A program made the position numbers and the translations under genes. DNA of 64,000 bases from the NCBI GenBank assembly GCA_001643675.2, contig LSRY02000005.1, positions 62,001 to 126,000 of the forward strand, given 5' to 3'. The notes under the pieces are model-generated. The model ran no database searches. It had not been told where the DNA came from and was given only the letters and a program-made list of their open reading frames with translations. The stretch is from Monocercomonoides exilis PA203. Its lineage: Eukaryota > Protista > Preaxostyla. This document shows positions 1-15,200 of the stretch, piece after piece; within the stretch, counting starts at the first letter, position 1, and each line of letters starts with the position of its first letter.

Positions 1-3000
1 AGAGAAAGAAATGAAAGAAGATGATTGCTTGCCTTCCTCATCTCCAATTGTTGGCTAACATTCGTGCAGTTCTGTAATTCTCCTTTTTTTATTCGTCTTC
101 CGAGATCATTGTCTTTTGCTTCTTTCGTATTTATGTTCAATAGCATTTTTGTCTCTTGTGCAAATAGGTTGGAATTGAGAGATTTCAAGCTAACAGACAC
201 ATTCTTTCATTCCTTTAATCAATGGAATTGTACTGTTATTGGCCTCATCATCTGCTCTGCAAAGCAAAAGATTGAGAATAATGGTTCTTTCTCGAAGAGT
301 AATTTTAATTTTATTAAGGAAAAAAACAATTCAAACGAATGCTCATATAATCTCATTATTTTAATATTTGACGAATTAGAGATTGATGATTTGAAAAAAA
401 GGAAAAAATTAAATTCATAAAAAAAAATCATTTTTGGTTCTAATTTAAATGTATTTTAAAATAGTTAATCTTCACTCTAATTAAATACACGAGCACCATC
501 AGAAATATCATCGTTTGAAGTATTATCATTTTTTGTAAAAGAAATATTGCAAATAACATCAAAATTAAGAACCTCACTTATGATTATAACTTTTTCATTG
601 TTTACAATCTTTTTCTTTTAAACTCTTCTATAAACATTATATCCTTCTTTGAGCAAAAAACAAACTTTCATTGTTTTTATCAACATCCTATTAGAAAGAT
701 AATCTCAATGAATTACTCACTTATTCCATGTTTGGAAAAATAAATCTCAGATGTGACTTCATTCCTTTTTGTGTGTGCAAGCATGAGCACGTTTGAGAAC
801 AGAAGAACTTCTTTGAATAATTCGTTATCAGATGAATGATACCATAATCCTTCAAAATGCTGTATTAACGCCAATCATCACTTATTATTATCGTTCCTGT
901 ATAAATAAGGAAATTTCAAATAGAACACTCGTTTCTCCAGTTCAATCAGAAACCTTAAAATAAATCCATTATTCCAACTTTTTTTTCAATTACTCAATAT
1001 ATCTGAATCTGTATTTTTTCTGCATCTTTTATATTTTCTTCTTCTCCACATAGGTGATAATTATCGAAATGATAACCTTTTTCGGAGTGTTTCTTTTTCA
1101 AAGGTTGCTTGTCATCGTGAAGAGATTTTGTGTTCAAATTGAAAAATTATCACAATTAATCGGAAAAAAAAATGCTTGAGCTCAAATATAGATGAATATG
1201 CTGTGAATATGCCTTTTCATTTTTCAGTGTTCTTTTGTTATTTTTCTAGGGAAATTTGCGTTTCAATTTTTTTTTTTGTTAGAAAAAAAATATGTTACCA
1301 AAAACAATCGCCCAAACACAGAAAAGTGTTAACATCTTTTAAATGATTCTTCTTCTTTCTATCTTCTCTTTCATTGGCTTTTGATGCCATTGCAACACAT
1401 TTCACATTTGTATTGAAAAGTTATTTCTGAAGATAAAAAATTCATTAATCAATACTCTAAAAACTTATGTGTTTCTAAAAAGAATCACCCAATTTCAAAA
1501 ATCCTTGTTTCAATCGGAAAATTTAAGAAATAATAAAGATTCTTCATAACAAATATTGTGAATATATTAATGAGAAAATTTGCGTATTTCGATAAGAAAT
1601 AAATATATCATTTTTTTGTTTTTTGTATTGTTGATAAAGAAAATGAAATCTTGAATTTTTGTGAACTTGTGGATTGAGTTGTTATTTGTTTTGCAGCTGT
1701 TGAAGCATTCGAAAACAATTTTTACTATTTTGTTAATTTTTCCATTTTTTTATCTCTTTTTATTCAATTTTTTTTCTTTTCTCCAAATTAATAAAAAAAA
1801 ATATTTTCTATCTTTATTGATGTTAATTGCAAACAGAATGTTTTCTTTTAAAAAATAATGTTTACCAATACACCCCCAAATTTCGACTTTTGATTTGACG
1901 AATTGAAAACAAAATCTCCATTAAAAACACAAAAAACAACACAAAACAAGCGGTCAATCGATTAAGCAAGGAAACAAACAAACAAAAAAATCAAATAACA
2001 AAGTGAAAATAAATAAAAATCAATGAAGTGAATCATTTGTGCATACGAAGAAAAAGAAATAAAAGCAAGAACTAACAATAGCTAAAGATGCATAAAGTTT
2101 ATGCCATCAACCAAAACATTTGCTAAAATCCTTCAAACATCAGTTTTATATGCTGCAGACAATACATCAAGATCTGCAAGTATTTGTTGCGTCTCTTCTT
2201 CTGTCATTTCCTGAGATTCCGTAAATAGTGATATTTTATCTTCCCTAAACATTTAATTTTGCAATAATTGAAATTGTTATTTTCAAAAAAGAAAAAGAAA
2301 AAGAAAAAGAAAAAAGAAATTAAGAAAAAAAGAAAAAAGTTTATCCAAAATAAAGCACACCATTTCTTAATTAAAGCTACATAATTGAATCCAGATTTAA
2401 AACTTATCTTTTCCAATGTGCCTCTAATCATTTTTAAAGGGTAAATAAACTGACGCGGATAGTTCGTTTGAGTTAAAATGCTTGTTTGAAGATCTTTTGT
2501 TGCATCGGACTGTTAAACGAAGATTTTTTTAAAAATATTTTTGCATTAAATATAATGCAAAAAAAGTAAAATACGCAAATGCACATTTAATTATACGCAT
2601 GCGAAGAAGAAAAAGAAAAAAATTGAACAAACAGCTGAAACAACAAGAGTGAGCTGATCACTGTTGAATTTTCGTTTTATATGCTCTGGAAATCCTCTAT
2701 TCAATCTGAAAATTGCACGGGAGCATCCGAGCTGTTTCATTATTTAATATACATCTTTGAATATGCAAATATCTATTCAAAGCATACCTGAAGATAATCC
2801 AGCTCTTGCTGCAATTGATCTGGAGTGAGCTGCATTCTTTCGAGACCATCGCGAATTCGGCTCATATAAATTGAACCATGTTCATAATAACTGAAAAATA
2901 AATTAGTTTATAAGTAATTTGCTAACAACAAAAAAGAAACCATTTATCCGAAACAAGGTCCTGGTTTGCAAGCTCATCAATAACATGTAGAGAGACAAGA

Positions 3001-3138
3001 TCTGGATATAAATCCGAAAGCTTGTCAATTCTGTTTAATATTTCAGTTGCTGTAACTTGGGCCATGATATTTTGTTCTCGATGAAAATAATTCTGAAATA
3101 TTTTTCGATCTTATGCCATATTCATTTGAATTTATATA

Positions 3139-6100
3139 ATGTCGGAGGTTTTATGCAAAGTAAAAATATCTGAAGATAACAAAGAACCGAACAACAATTT
3201 AAAAGAAAAACAAGAAGTTCAAAAAGTGATTCAAGCTCAGGAGACATCAGTTTGTTCTTATTCTAAGAAAAATATTCTTTATCAACGTGTTTTTGTTTTA
3301 TCAATTTCAACCTTAACAATATGCTCAAGAAAAACCAGAAATTAGATAACTATAGCACATTTGCAGTTTATCCTCCGATTTGTGAAGAAAATTTTATTTT
3401 ATCTGATTTGTGCAACGATTCAAGTTCAGTTGGATCGAATTGCGAAGTTGTAAATTTAAAATCGCGGTTCACTCCATGCCATTGTAATGAAGATGAAATA
3501 ATTGATCTCGAAAAACCTGAATCACCTTTTGAGCTCTGTGATTTTGAGGAGGAAAATGCTGAAAAAATGAATGCAATTCAAATACAAAACATTTCCAATG
3601 AATCTTCAAAGGAAGTCACCGAAACCAATCAAAATAAAAATGAAAAGGATATATATCCATTAGTTGATAATATTAAAGGACGAACACGATCAAGGTCAAC
3701 AATGATATCACATACATCAAGCTTTGCTACAGAGGCCGTTCATCGACAAATCACACCCCGTTCCATATCGAATTATGAAAAAGATGTGGTCTCGCACATT
3801 CAGAATTATGATGCTTGCGTTAATACTAACAGTTCAAAATCACATTCCGTTCAATTAGTTCCATCTGGTATATTGGCGACTCGTAACCAAATTAACACAT
3901 CTCTATCACAGGTATCGATGACCCCAGCCTCATCTTTGTCACAATTCTCTGCGAATTCTTCAGACTGTCAATCGTCTGCTGATTCTTATGAGTCTTCTGG
4001 AGATGGTATTCTTACAGAGCTGTCACAGGCTGATTTTTCTATCGATTCGTCTCTTGTGCCAGTTGTTGATTCTGATGACCAATGTTTTTTACATTTGCAG
4101 CCACTCGAAGATGATGCCAGACATTCACCTTCATCACTTCCATCTCCATCTGCATCAACGCCAGCCTCATCATCGCCATCTTCTTCATCTTCATCATCGT
4201 CACTTTCCCTCTTGACAACTGATTCTCCAAACAATGCCTCGTTTCCCATGGGCTTTGCATCATCTCCTCATTCACCAAAAGCAAAGCATTCTGTTTCTTG
4301 TCACTCAGCACTTAATTCACAAGGCAGCTTTGCAGCTGACGCTCTCAACTCACATTCTCACTTTATCAATGCAAACACAAACATTCCATATCAACCATCC
4401 AGAACACGTCCCTTCTTCTCCACTCACTCTGAAGGCGTTCCATCAACCTTCATTCAGTCTGACAGTGAATTGTCCACACAGCGCACATCATCTGTGAGAT
4501 CTGCAACTGTATCAGAAACATCAGAAACCATCGAAGAGTCAGAAACATCAGAGACTATTACATCGAGCATGTCTCTGCAGACACCTTCTACAGCCTCGTC
4601 CATTCTGCACTCATACGATTCAACTGGCTCGCCTGTGGAGCATGTCAAGCGATCAGTCTCTGAGAACATCGCACTTCTAAACGCAGGAAAGACATCCATC
4701 AGCAGCAGCGCCAAAAGGAAATCACCAGAGTTAAAAAACAAGCAGAGAATAGACAGATCCACTTCTTTAATCCACGAAACAGTCCCCAGCAGCCGCCAAA
4801 ACAGCGAAGTGCAATCTTCTGACTTTTCGTCAACTTCTGTTGATTCCAGTGCATCCGAGTCGACAAGCAGCGTGTCTCCGTTTGCGTCGGTATTGGCTAC
4901 AGCTGACTGCGTGGAATCACAAACGCCTCACTCTTTCCCGTTGGGATGCGAGTTCTCTGCAGAAGTGCTCCCTGATGCGCCTGAAGAAGAGGAAAAAATC
5001 GAACTGAAAACGCAAAAATTGAAAGAAGAAGAGGAGGAAGAAGAACCATTGGAAAAAGCTGAGCAGCCTCTGTCTCTTCTTCCAGATGATCACACTACAT
5101 CTGGGGTGTCTGCATCAGTGTCTGTATTGTCTGCTGTTTGCAACACTCCTTCTCTTCAGACTTCAGATGTGATTCCTCCAAGTGTTGGGTTTTCTTCGCC
5201 TTCAATGCCACATCTGCAGGTATTTCCACCTTCTTCATCAACACTGTCAACATCATTATCATCCTCATCTTCTTCATCATCCTCTTCTGCTTTTGATAAC
5301 CCTGCCACTGTTTCACACACCGATTCCTCGTTTGTTCTCTCTCTTTTATCAGCATTCAAGCCATCACAATTGTCTGAAAATGACACAGCCATTGGGAACG
5401 TCCCAGCACAAGATTTACAAACAAGCCAAAATCAAAGTCATTCGATTCCTTTTGAAACAAACAAATCTGCAATTCCTCAGAATTTTGAATGCTTAACGAG
5501 CAGCTTTGCAGATAATGATACAGAGTCAATGGCAGATAAACAACCTCCCATTCAGCAGAGACAAGAGCAAAAACCTCTTTTTATTATTCCACCATCATCT
5601 TCTTTCTCAGACACGATTTCTTCTTCTTCTTCTTCTTCTTCTTCTTCTTCTTCTTCTTCTACAACTTCTACTTCATCTTTTAAGCTTTTGGATTCACAGC
5701 GGGGTTTGCTCCCTTCTCCAACTTCTTTTCCCACCTCATCTGTCCAAAACAACACCTCTCAAATTCCTGGGCTGGATGCTTCAGCGACAGAATTTCTGCC
5801 CTCTTCGGCCAATCCAAACCCGCCAGGCTATTTCTATGCATTTCCAGCACCATTCCCTCAACTGCCGATCAACAGTTACATGGCATACGACAATTTTAGT
5901 TTTTTAACTCAAAAAGCATCTTTCCCTTCAACATTTCCTGTGCCTCAGTCTTTCGATGTAGAAAGAGCCTTCAAACCTAATTTCGCCCCATTTCCATATC
6001 AAGAGCTGCCCGAACCATCACAATACCAGCCAAACAACACTTATCCATCTGAACCATATTTGCCATTCTCAAGCGAGCATCCGTTGGGCGCAGAAGGCAA

Positions 6101-6823
6101 CATGCTGGCTGTTGGCAATACAAACAGCGCAGCTGACGATCCAGCAAATGCTGATGAAGCAACTGTGCCGACAGGACATCAGAGAAGAAAGCCCTTCTTT
6201 GGGTTTATTCCAGAAACATCTGAACAGACGAAACAAAATTCAGCAAAAACTGCACAGAAAGAAGACGCATCACTTCGCCATTCGTATGCAACATTTATTT
6301 ATTTATTTATTTATTTATTACTTATCTTTCATTTGTGTTTTGACTGTTTGAAATGTATTATTTTTTTAATTTTTTCCTTATTGGAACCAAAATTTGCATT
6401 TGAATGATAACCTATGCTTATACTAACCATCCCCCGCCCCCCTTACCCCTTCAATAATGTGATCTTTTCAGTGCTGTGCGCTGCTTCAGATGCTCTGCTG
6501 TTGGCCATACTTTCGACGAGTGCCCATTTCGATCAAAAGACGAAGTCTTGTCAAAAGCCGCGTGCTTCAAATGTGGGAAGACAGGGCATTTCTCGCGCAA
6601 CTGCCCCAACGAAGACCGTCGCGTGTGCTTTCTGTGCAAGAAGCCAGGACACGTCCAGAAGAACTGCCCGTCGCGTGCGTGCTCGCAGCTTCCGTTGACG
6701 GTGTCTCTGACTGAAGTGATGGCTCGGCACAAAGTGACAGACGTTCCGCTGGTCATTCCGCCGGAGGTTGTGAGAAGTGAGAATGCAGCCATCGCAAAGG
6801 CAAACTCGATGGCTATATCATAA
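3139..6823 (+). CDS. Ser-rich protein with PAM2-like motif and three C-terminal CCHC zinc knuckles; 3 exons (3139-3249, 3339-6283, 6472-6823)
   Basis: Introns 3250-3338 (GTTTGT..CAG) and 6284-6471 (GTATGC..TTTCAG, with TACTAAC branch site at 6421) join the three ORFs in frame. The last exon encodes CFRCSAVGHTFDEC, CFKCGKTGHFSRNC and CFLCKKPGHVQKNC (CX2CX4HX4C). Confidence 0.85.
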
Positions 6824-9240
6824 TAGTTGACTTGCTTTCTTCTGTTTATGCTGTACAATTTGAAAGTTTGTATATGAAGGCTCTTGAATGAGGAAGTATT
6901 CGCATCAATGTGAGCAATGAAATGATTTTTTTTGCATGAAATATAAGTTCATCAGATATTTGTGATTGATAAGAGAATTGTAATTACTTTTTTGCTTAAG
7001 ATATAGTTGCATACTCAGTTTCCTATTAACGTCGACACACAATTGTTGAATGGCTATGAATTTTTTTGCCAATGTTGTTTTTAGTATTTTGCGAGTTTTA
7101 TTTTTCATTAATATATTAATTTGTTTATTGAGAATGAATTTTATTGTTATGCTTGCAGTTTTCTTTGAAAGCATAAACTGAGTTTCAAAATATTTTTGTG
7201 TATAATTAATAAATGGTACAATTTTGTTGTAAAGATTCCATTTTTCGGTTTGGTGAATTTTGTTTTTGTTTTTGATTGGATGTATTTTATGTATTTGATA
7301 ATATCCTAAGCAAAGCCTTAGCATGAGTAATTATTCTCATTTAGGTTGACTTAGAATTTTTATGTTTGACAGTTTATTTCATTTTTTGCATATTTCATGC
7401 AACTCTTTGTTATCATAATCGAGATCAAAATACAAAAGCACAGAACAAATTTATATTCTCTTTTATTTTGCGATGAGAAATCATGAAGTGCATTACGTGT
7501 CTTTTTTTGAAAGAAACGTTTGTTGGCTTTTTAAAACAAATTGAATTTTCGAAGTGAGTATCGAAATAACCAATTACTATTTTTCTTCGTGTTAAATCCA
7601 AATTACACTTTATCCTCTCCATTTCCCAAACGAATTGCCTTGAAAGAAAACTTACAATCTTTCTGATTCTGCGAAATATGTTATTATCATTGATTATATC
7701 ATTCAAATAACAATGCTATTATTAATCTTCAATTTCGGATGAAAAATACATCTCAACAAATATATTTCGTATTTAAGGTTAAGTGTACAAGATAAAAATG
7801 CTTAAATAACAAATACAAAAGAAACTCGCAATTCTTCCGCTCAAATCCAAATCATCTGACAATGTTGTTTTTCTATATAAATTATAATTCACTGAGTACA
7901 AAGATTTCAAACACTCCAGCCTCGCTCCATTTAAAACAAAAGCATTTTGCGATGCTATTTATCGAAAGCAAAATATGAATATGAAATGATGAGCATTAGA
8001 GTAAATACAATAATTTAATCAACAGAAAAAGAGAAACAATGAAATATTTGTTCATAATTAAGATAAAGGTTAAAATGGACTTGCTTCGATCTAACTTTCA
8101 TTTTGCAATAACATCATTGTAAAAGTCCATAAAAATGGGAATAAGAAGAAAAAAAATTAAAACTTGAACATTAAAGGATTGAGGAACAGAATATATAACT
8201 AATATACTTTTTTTAAAGAAAAATTAAAAAATTGAAAAATGGCAGACACAGAAAAGGCAACACGATGCACTGGCTTCTATCCAAATTAGTGTAATTAGCA
8301 AAAAAACCATTCCAAATAAAATTTATTACACATATATTGATGACAAAAGATTTTGATGATTCTCGAAAAATAAAAAATCGCTCAATAAAAATAATATACA
8401 AAAAAAAAAAGAAAAGGAGTAAATGTATAAACAAGCTTCGAACTTAAAAGGTTTGCCTTTGCTTGCAATATGAGTTATAAGAAATTTACAAAAGGCGTCT
8501 AAACTTTCAAAACTGTCTGTGGATAATTTCCACGAAAACACGAAAAATATCAACAGAAAATGAAAGCTTTGATTACTCAAATAATTACAATATGCAAAAA
8601 AAGACAATCAAAAAACATTTGATAAAAATTTACAACCAAACACATTGAAGTCTATTATATTGATAACTATCCAATGATGCTATATGAAAAAGAAAAGAAA
8701 AGAAAAAATGAGCATAAAAATAAAAAGCAATATAGAATGCCTAGCGAACAAAATCAAGCAAAACAAGATGTCATGATTGACAACAATATATCAAATGATG
8801 CTGACAAGTGAATGGAAGCCAGTCACAAAAAATAAAATAAAAATGAAAATAAAAAAAGAAAAGAATAAAATGATAGACATTACTGGATTCATGCCAATTA
8901 CTTGCTCACAGCAGATCTAAATAAGAGGCGGTTGGATTGCGATATCACAGAAAAACTAAACAAAAGGTTTGTAGTGAGTTCCTCACTTTGTCAACGCAAA
9001 CACTTCAAAATATCCCTCAAATAGACAACAAGATGACCATAACAACAAATTGGAGGTGTGTGCGAAAAATTATGACTTCTTTCATTGTTTTGATCAAATT
9101 CTTATTCATCATCTTCTTTTGTTGCAGAAAATTCTTACAGAAACAGAAGTTCAAATATGAAACAACAACAATAAAACATTCATCGCATTCATCTTTTGAA
9201 TACAACATTATCTTCCCAACTAAAGAGACCAAATGCTTCT

Positions 9241-12200
9241 TCACAGAGCAGAATGACGATGCTTCCCATACTTTCCTGCTTCATCGCTGTCTGAATTCTC
9301 CTCATCCTCATCCTCGTCTTCTTCTCTGTCGTTTGATGGACTCTTCACATTTTCTCCTTTGATAGACGAGTCAAGGTGCTTGCTGCTGTGCTGCTTCGAA
9401 TGGAAATGATGCGACTGCTTCGGCTTTTCAGGAAGATCAGACTGAAGTTTCGCAATCATCAACACCTTCTGCACAGAAATCGACTCTCCTTTCGCTTTCT
9501 CTTCCTCCTCTTTCACATCAGCCACTTGAATGCTGTCAACTTCTGATGCATCTGCAATCTTCTCCCCTTCCGTCTCAACATCCCCTTCTTTCTCTTCCTC
9601 TGCCTCCGTCTTCTCTTTGCCCATGTTCACCTTCATCTTCATCTCCTCCAGTTCCTTTATCAGCGCCTCCAGCTTGTCCTGCCTGATGATTGTGTACCCG
9701 CTCTGCGACTGAAGCTCCGTCTCAGTCGTGTCCGACTTCAAAGAACCCATCGCCATGAGAGGCACAGACAACTCAGAAGAGATCGAAGAGCGCTCATAAT
9801 GCAGCGATGAGGTGGCAGCTGCAGAAGAAGCACCAGGCGACCACGTGACAGGCACATTGGAGACAGAAGAGACACTTTTGGATGGCACTTCATCTGCCAG
9901 AAGTGTTGGCAGGGTGGCTATTGAAGTGGAGACGAGCGAAGGAAGAATGGTCGGAGACGCAATGAGAGAAGGAAATGAGGACGAGCCCTTTGCGCTGGAT
10001 GATGGTGAATGCAGTGTGGATGAGGTTATCGTGTCTGTGTCTGCAGAATAGGAGCCTGCGGAAAGGGAGGAGGAAGAAGAAGGTGGCTGCAACGAAATAT
10101 TACCGATACTAATAGAAGAGGTGGTAGAAGAAGAAATTGAAGAAGAAGAAGAGGAGGAGGAAGTGGAGGAGGAAGAAGAAGAAGATACCGTATGAAAGTC
10201 CGCTGCTGAAAACGAATAACTTGACAGCTGAGGTGAAATTGGTGTCATGATTGGAGAATTCATTACAGAACACGAAAAAGTATCACACAACATGGAATCC
10301 TTTGAAGGAGCCAGATAGGAGTTGGCTGATGTGTCTATGACAGGATGTGTCCTGGCTGAATGAGCACTCAAAGTGGATGCTCCCATGTGTGGTGTGAAAT
10401 CCAGTTGTGAATGATGAGAGCGAGATGATGATGAGGAGGAGGAGGAGGATGAAGATATTGAAGATGAAGAGGAATATGCGAATGGCACATGAAGAGATGA
10501 CATAGCAGTATTTCTGACAGAAGTGTCATTTGACATGCGAGCATCTCTTTGAGTGTCTGGATGAGCTGAATGCGGCTGATGGAAAGTGATGTTTGTGGGT
10601 GGGCAGCAGGGCGAGTGTGGCCGTGTGTCTGAAGTGAGAGAGGAATATGTTGTGTCGCTGGTGGGTGAGTGGGAGACAGGAGAGCAGAGTGGATAGAATG
10701 TGGATGACAGGCCAGCTGGTGTGGCTGTTGTGTGTGTGTCGCTGACAGACTCCTTTGCCACTGAGGCAATGGACGATGGAGAGGTCGATGCAACAGAAGA
10801 TGAATAATATGAAAACGAATAGTTGTCCCTCTCAGGCTGCGAGAAAGAGGTGTAGAAGTGTCTGTTTATTTTGCCTTCATATGTGAACTGCCCATCTTCA
10901 GCAGGAGTTGCATTGAAATGTGAGTCAGAGTGTGTTTGATGGAGCTGCTGGGATGAATGCTCGCTGCCATCTTTGTTCGAGTTCTGCATCATCGACAGAT
11001 TGCTATAGGGAATATACACTTGGCTGTGGTTGCTCTTCACCAGCAGATCTGCACTGTCTTCGTCTTCATTCAGCTGCATGTCACTTTCTGTTGGCGACAA
11101 GTTGCTCCTCTTCTTCTCTGCCATCTGCTGCTTTGCTAACACCACTTCGTCATCTGTGTTGGCATTGCTAAGCACATTCTTCTTCTCATAGCTTTCTATC
11201 TTCGTCCTGTAAACTCGATCAAACGATGAGTAAGTGTCATCCTGATGCGTCCTCTTCTTCACCCCATTCCCATCTGCCAGCAAATGAAGGCTTCCAACTG
11301 ACTCTGCTTTGGATGCAGCTGAGCCAACATAAACATTCGCACTGGACAAACTGGCTGTGTCTCGTTTGCTGCTGTTGATGCTGGCAATGCTACTGCCATT
11401 GCTATTACTACTATTGTTATTGTTATTGATATTACGCACACTGCTGGATGATGAATTGCTTGAAATTGACTGCACAGCACCTGAGAACACCTTCTGTGAG
11501 GTGAATGATGAAGATGCCTGTGACGATGCTGGCAGAGAAGAGACAGAAGAGAACGAACGAGAAGAATGTGTTGATCTTTCAGACAAGCATTGCTCTGCCT
11601 CATTTTCCGAATAGCAGTCAGAATCTCCTTTGAATTGAGTGCGTTCTGACTGTTTGATGGAAGAAAGGGAAACTTCTTTGAGGGAACGAGAGGAAGAGGC
11701 AGATGAAGGAGATGAAGGAGAAGATGAGGAAGAAGAGGAAGAAGAGGCAGAAGAAGAGGCAGAAGAAGAGGCAGAAGATATGGAGGAAGGAGAAAAAGCA
11801 GCAGCAGCAGGAGAAGAATAGCTTTCGAATGAAGATTTGGCAGAAGAGGCAGAAGCAGATGAAGCAGAAGAAGTGACAGGAGACGAGCGAACTTTTGGCT
11901 TAGAGAAAGAAGATGAAGCAGAACGAGAAGGAATGTATGTGGATGCAGACATCACAGAAGAGGAATACGTTGAGAAGGAGGAAGAAGGAGAAGAAGGGGA
12001 AGAAGAAGAAGACGAAGAAATCTTTTGCATTTCATTAGAATTCTCTTTGTGATCACCTACATTTGACAAATGAGGTGTGTATTGAACATTCTCATTGAAT
12101 GATTCTTGTTTCGAAAGCAGATGCTGTTTTTCTTTCTTCACAGAAACATCTTCTTCTCTCTTCCAGTTGGAAGCAGAGGAAGATTCTGCTGCTTTGTTTG

Positions 12201-15200
12201 GATTTTTACTCGAACTGCTGCTAACAACAGCACTTTCATACACATCTGCTTTCTCTCTCATTTCTCTCTTGTTTTGCATATTCTGAATGTTTTGTGTGTT
12301 TTGTTCTCTTTTGCTGTTATTTTGCTGCCCTGATGAAGCCACCTGAACCGGAAAAACATTGTTTTCTGCTGAAAATGTGTTGAAATGCTCGTTTTGAATG
12401 CCCTTTGGATGGAATATCTTGTGAGGAAGAGAAGAGTTCTGCTGAACTGAGGAAGAAGAATTGTCAGAGGCAGATGGAAGAGGAGACAGCACAGATGAAG
12501 CAAAAGATGAAGCAGCAGCAGAAGAAGAGTAACTTGATATGAATTCAGAAGAAGAAGAAGAAGCAGAAGAAGAAGAAGGATATTGATTTGTTGTCATTTT
12601 CAAGTTTTTCAGATTCGGAGTGAATGGAGCAGCAGTCAAAGAGAGAACTGAAGTGATGTTTGAAGCAGCAGCAGAAGAAGACAAAGAAGAAGAAGAAGAA
12701 GTGGAAGAAGGGGTCGGAGAAGGAGAAGGAGAAGGAGAAGAAGACAAGGAAGATGTATCAGTTGCAGAAGAAGACAAAGAAGAAGAGAAAGAAGAAGAAG
12801 AAGAAGAAGAGGCAGCAGCAGAAGCAGAGGAAGCAGAGGAAGAGGAGGAGGAGGAGGACAAAGAAGATTGCTGGGACATGGAAAGAGGGAGAGGAGAGAG
12901 AGAGAACGAGTTACTGCTCTTTTGAGAGGGAGAAATCGATCTGCTTCTGGAGAGGCCAGGGGGAGGAGCAAGAGGAGTCTGATTGCCTGTCTGTTGAGAC
13001 AGCTGCTGGGGGTGTGGTTGGAGTTGTGTGTGAGAGGGGTCAGAGGGAAGAGAAGAAACTGCATCAGAAGAGAAGAGAGGCTGATATGGATAAGAGCTGA
13101 AGTTGTTTGGTGGCTGGGATGGGTTGATGGATTGGGTGTCTTTGTTGGGTGAATGCATGTCATCTGGCTGATGATGATGATGATGAGAAGGATAAGAAGA
13201 AGAGGAGGAGGATGAGGAAGAAGAAGGGAACGAATTGGCAGGTGGATAAGGTGCAGCTGTTGCAGATGAAGTGAAAGGCATTGGATAAGCAGGCTGAAGT
13301 GAATAAGCAGCAGCAGCAGCAGAAGAAGAAGAAGAGGCAGAAGAAGAGGAAGAAGAGGAAGGAGAATAAGAGGGGTTGATGAATGGCTGAGGGGCAGAAG
13401 GAGGCTGAGACGGATGGAAGGCAGCAGGGTTGAGGAAGGAAGAAGAGCGGATGGAGGATGGGTTGTCGAGGCTGGCCACTTCAGAGTTCTGAAGAGATGA
13501 ATGTCTGTCGTCTTCTTTTGGATGCTCCTTTTCGCTCTCTTCGAATGAGATGGAGGAGCAGATGCTGTCTGAAGGCGTCTGGACGTGGCTGGCCAATGAG
13601 TTGACAGACGAGAAGGAGAAGAGGGACGATGAGAAAGGAGCATATTGTGATGATTGGGTGTCCATCGGATGAAATAGAGAAGAAGAAGAAGAAGATGATG
13701 ATGATGCAATGGCAGGTTCTTCATTCAATTTGTGAGGGATGCCCTTCTGACAGGACAGGTTGAAATGAGAAGGGTAGTCAGCAGGGGAAGCAGAAGGCAT
13801 GCCCATTCGAGTTGGATTGAATGGATGCAGAAGTTGAGAGCCATCAGCAGCATTTGGAGCCATTTCGAGTGGAAAAAGAGGAGGAAAAGATGGCTTCATT
13901 GAAGAGAACTGAGAATAAGTGCTAACTGGATTGCGAGAAGCTAACTCAGCTCCTTCATGCCCTTCTCTCATCCCTTCCTGATTCTTGCCCTCTTTCCACT
14001 GCCCATTCATATTCCTGCTGCCGAGTCTTGTATGTTCTGACAAATCAGTTCTTTCTTCAAATGCTCCTCTGATTTCTCCTCTTCTTCCGATCCCTCTCTC
14101 CGCACCTCCCTCTCCCCTCTCCTCTTCTCTCTCTCTCACAGCCGCTTTCCTTCTTTTTGACATGCCTTCGTCTTTCTGCTTCACCCACGCCATGTATTGA
14201 GGAAATGATATGTTGTCATAGCAGATATACGGCCGATGTTTAAGACATGGATGCACAAAATTTGGATCAAGGTAAATGTTCTGGCAGAAGAAGATGATCG
14301 CATTCGTATCATAGAAGCCCATTTTGAAGAAGCTCAGCAAAAGCAAAGGCGTCTGAAATAAAATAAATGCATAGTAAAATTATTATAAAATAGATTCAAA
14401 AATATTAAAGAGAGAGATTAAAGATAGACAAATATATTAACAGTAATAAAGCATGAAGAATAAAAATACAGTTCAGTTGAAAAGCAAATATCACAGTTAG
14501 CAAGAAACTCACAATAGAACATCATACGCTCATTCTTCCCTTCTTCAGCTCATCTGTTGAGAAGAGGATGTATCCCATGTAGCACCCCCACGACTTCTGC
14601 GGATTCAGCACAACATCCAGCACGCCTGCATCAACAAGCTCAGAGGAAATAAAATGCCTCAAAATATCCTTTTTTGGATCAGCTGGGAACCCTCTCGATA
14701 TTTCTGAACGATCTACAGGAAGACTCAACACAGCTCGCTCCACAATAGCTCTGATATCCCCCTCGACCATCACAACCCCGTTCTTTGCCTTTAAATAGAA
14801 GGGAACAACAGTCGGTCCGATAAAAAGACTTGCCCATAGGGTTGATATCCTCACCGGTATTTCAGGCAACGATACAAGCTTTTCACGAGCAACTCTTGCA
14901 GCTGATCTTTCAAAAAACTCAATAAAACAAATTGAACAATCAGATGAAAGAGAAATTCCAATTACTTTGCCAAAGTGACTTCTAAACATTAATGGAAACA
15001 ATAAACAATTATTGTTTACGACATATTGTTAATAGTCATCTTGATTTACATAAAATAATTCATACTGGCAAAGAGAACCGATACTTTGCACAATCGGTAA
15101 AGAGAGGCTCCCATGAAGGACAATTGTTCGATTCATATATGGGCGTTGGATGCGACATAAATGTTTGCTCACAAGCTTTGAAAAAAAGCAAGGAAACATT

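Noticed and set aside
1-3100. Short ORFs, including a possible minus-strand exon running off the left edge (~1-210)
   Set aside because: AT-rich with no recognisable domain. A gene cannot be supported from this window alone.
6476-6823. Retrotransposon gag nucleocapsid interpretation of the CCHC knuckles
   Set aside because: The exon splices in frame to a host Ser-rich gene through an intron with a canonical branch site, and there is no protease, RT, integrase or LTR nearby.
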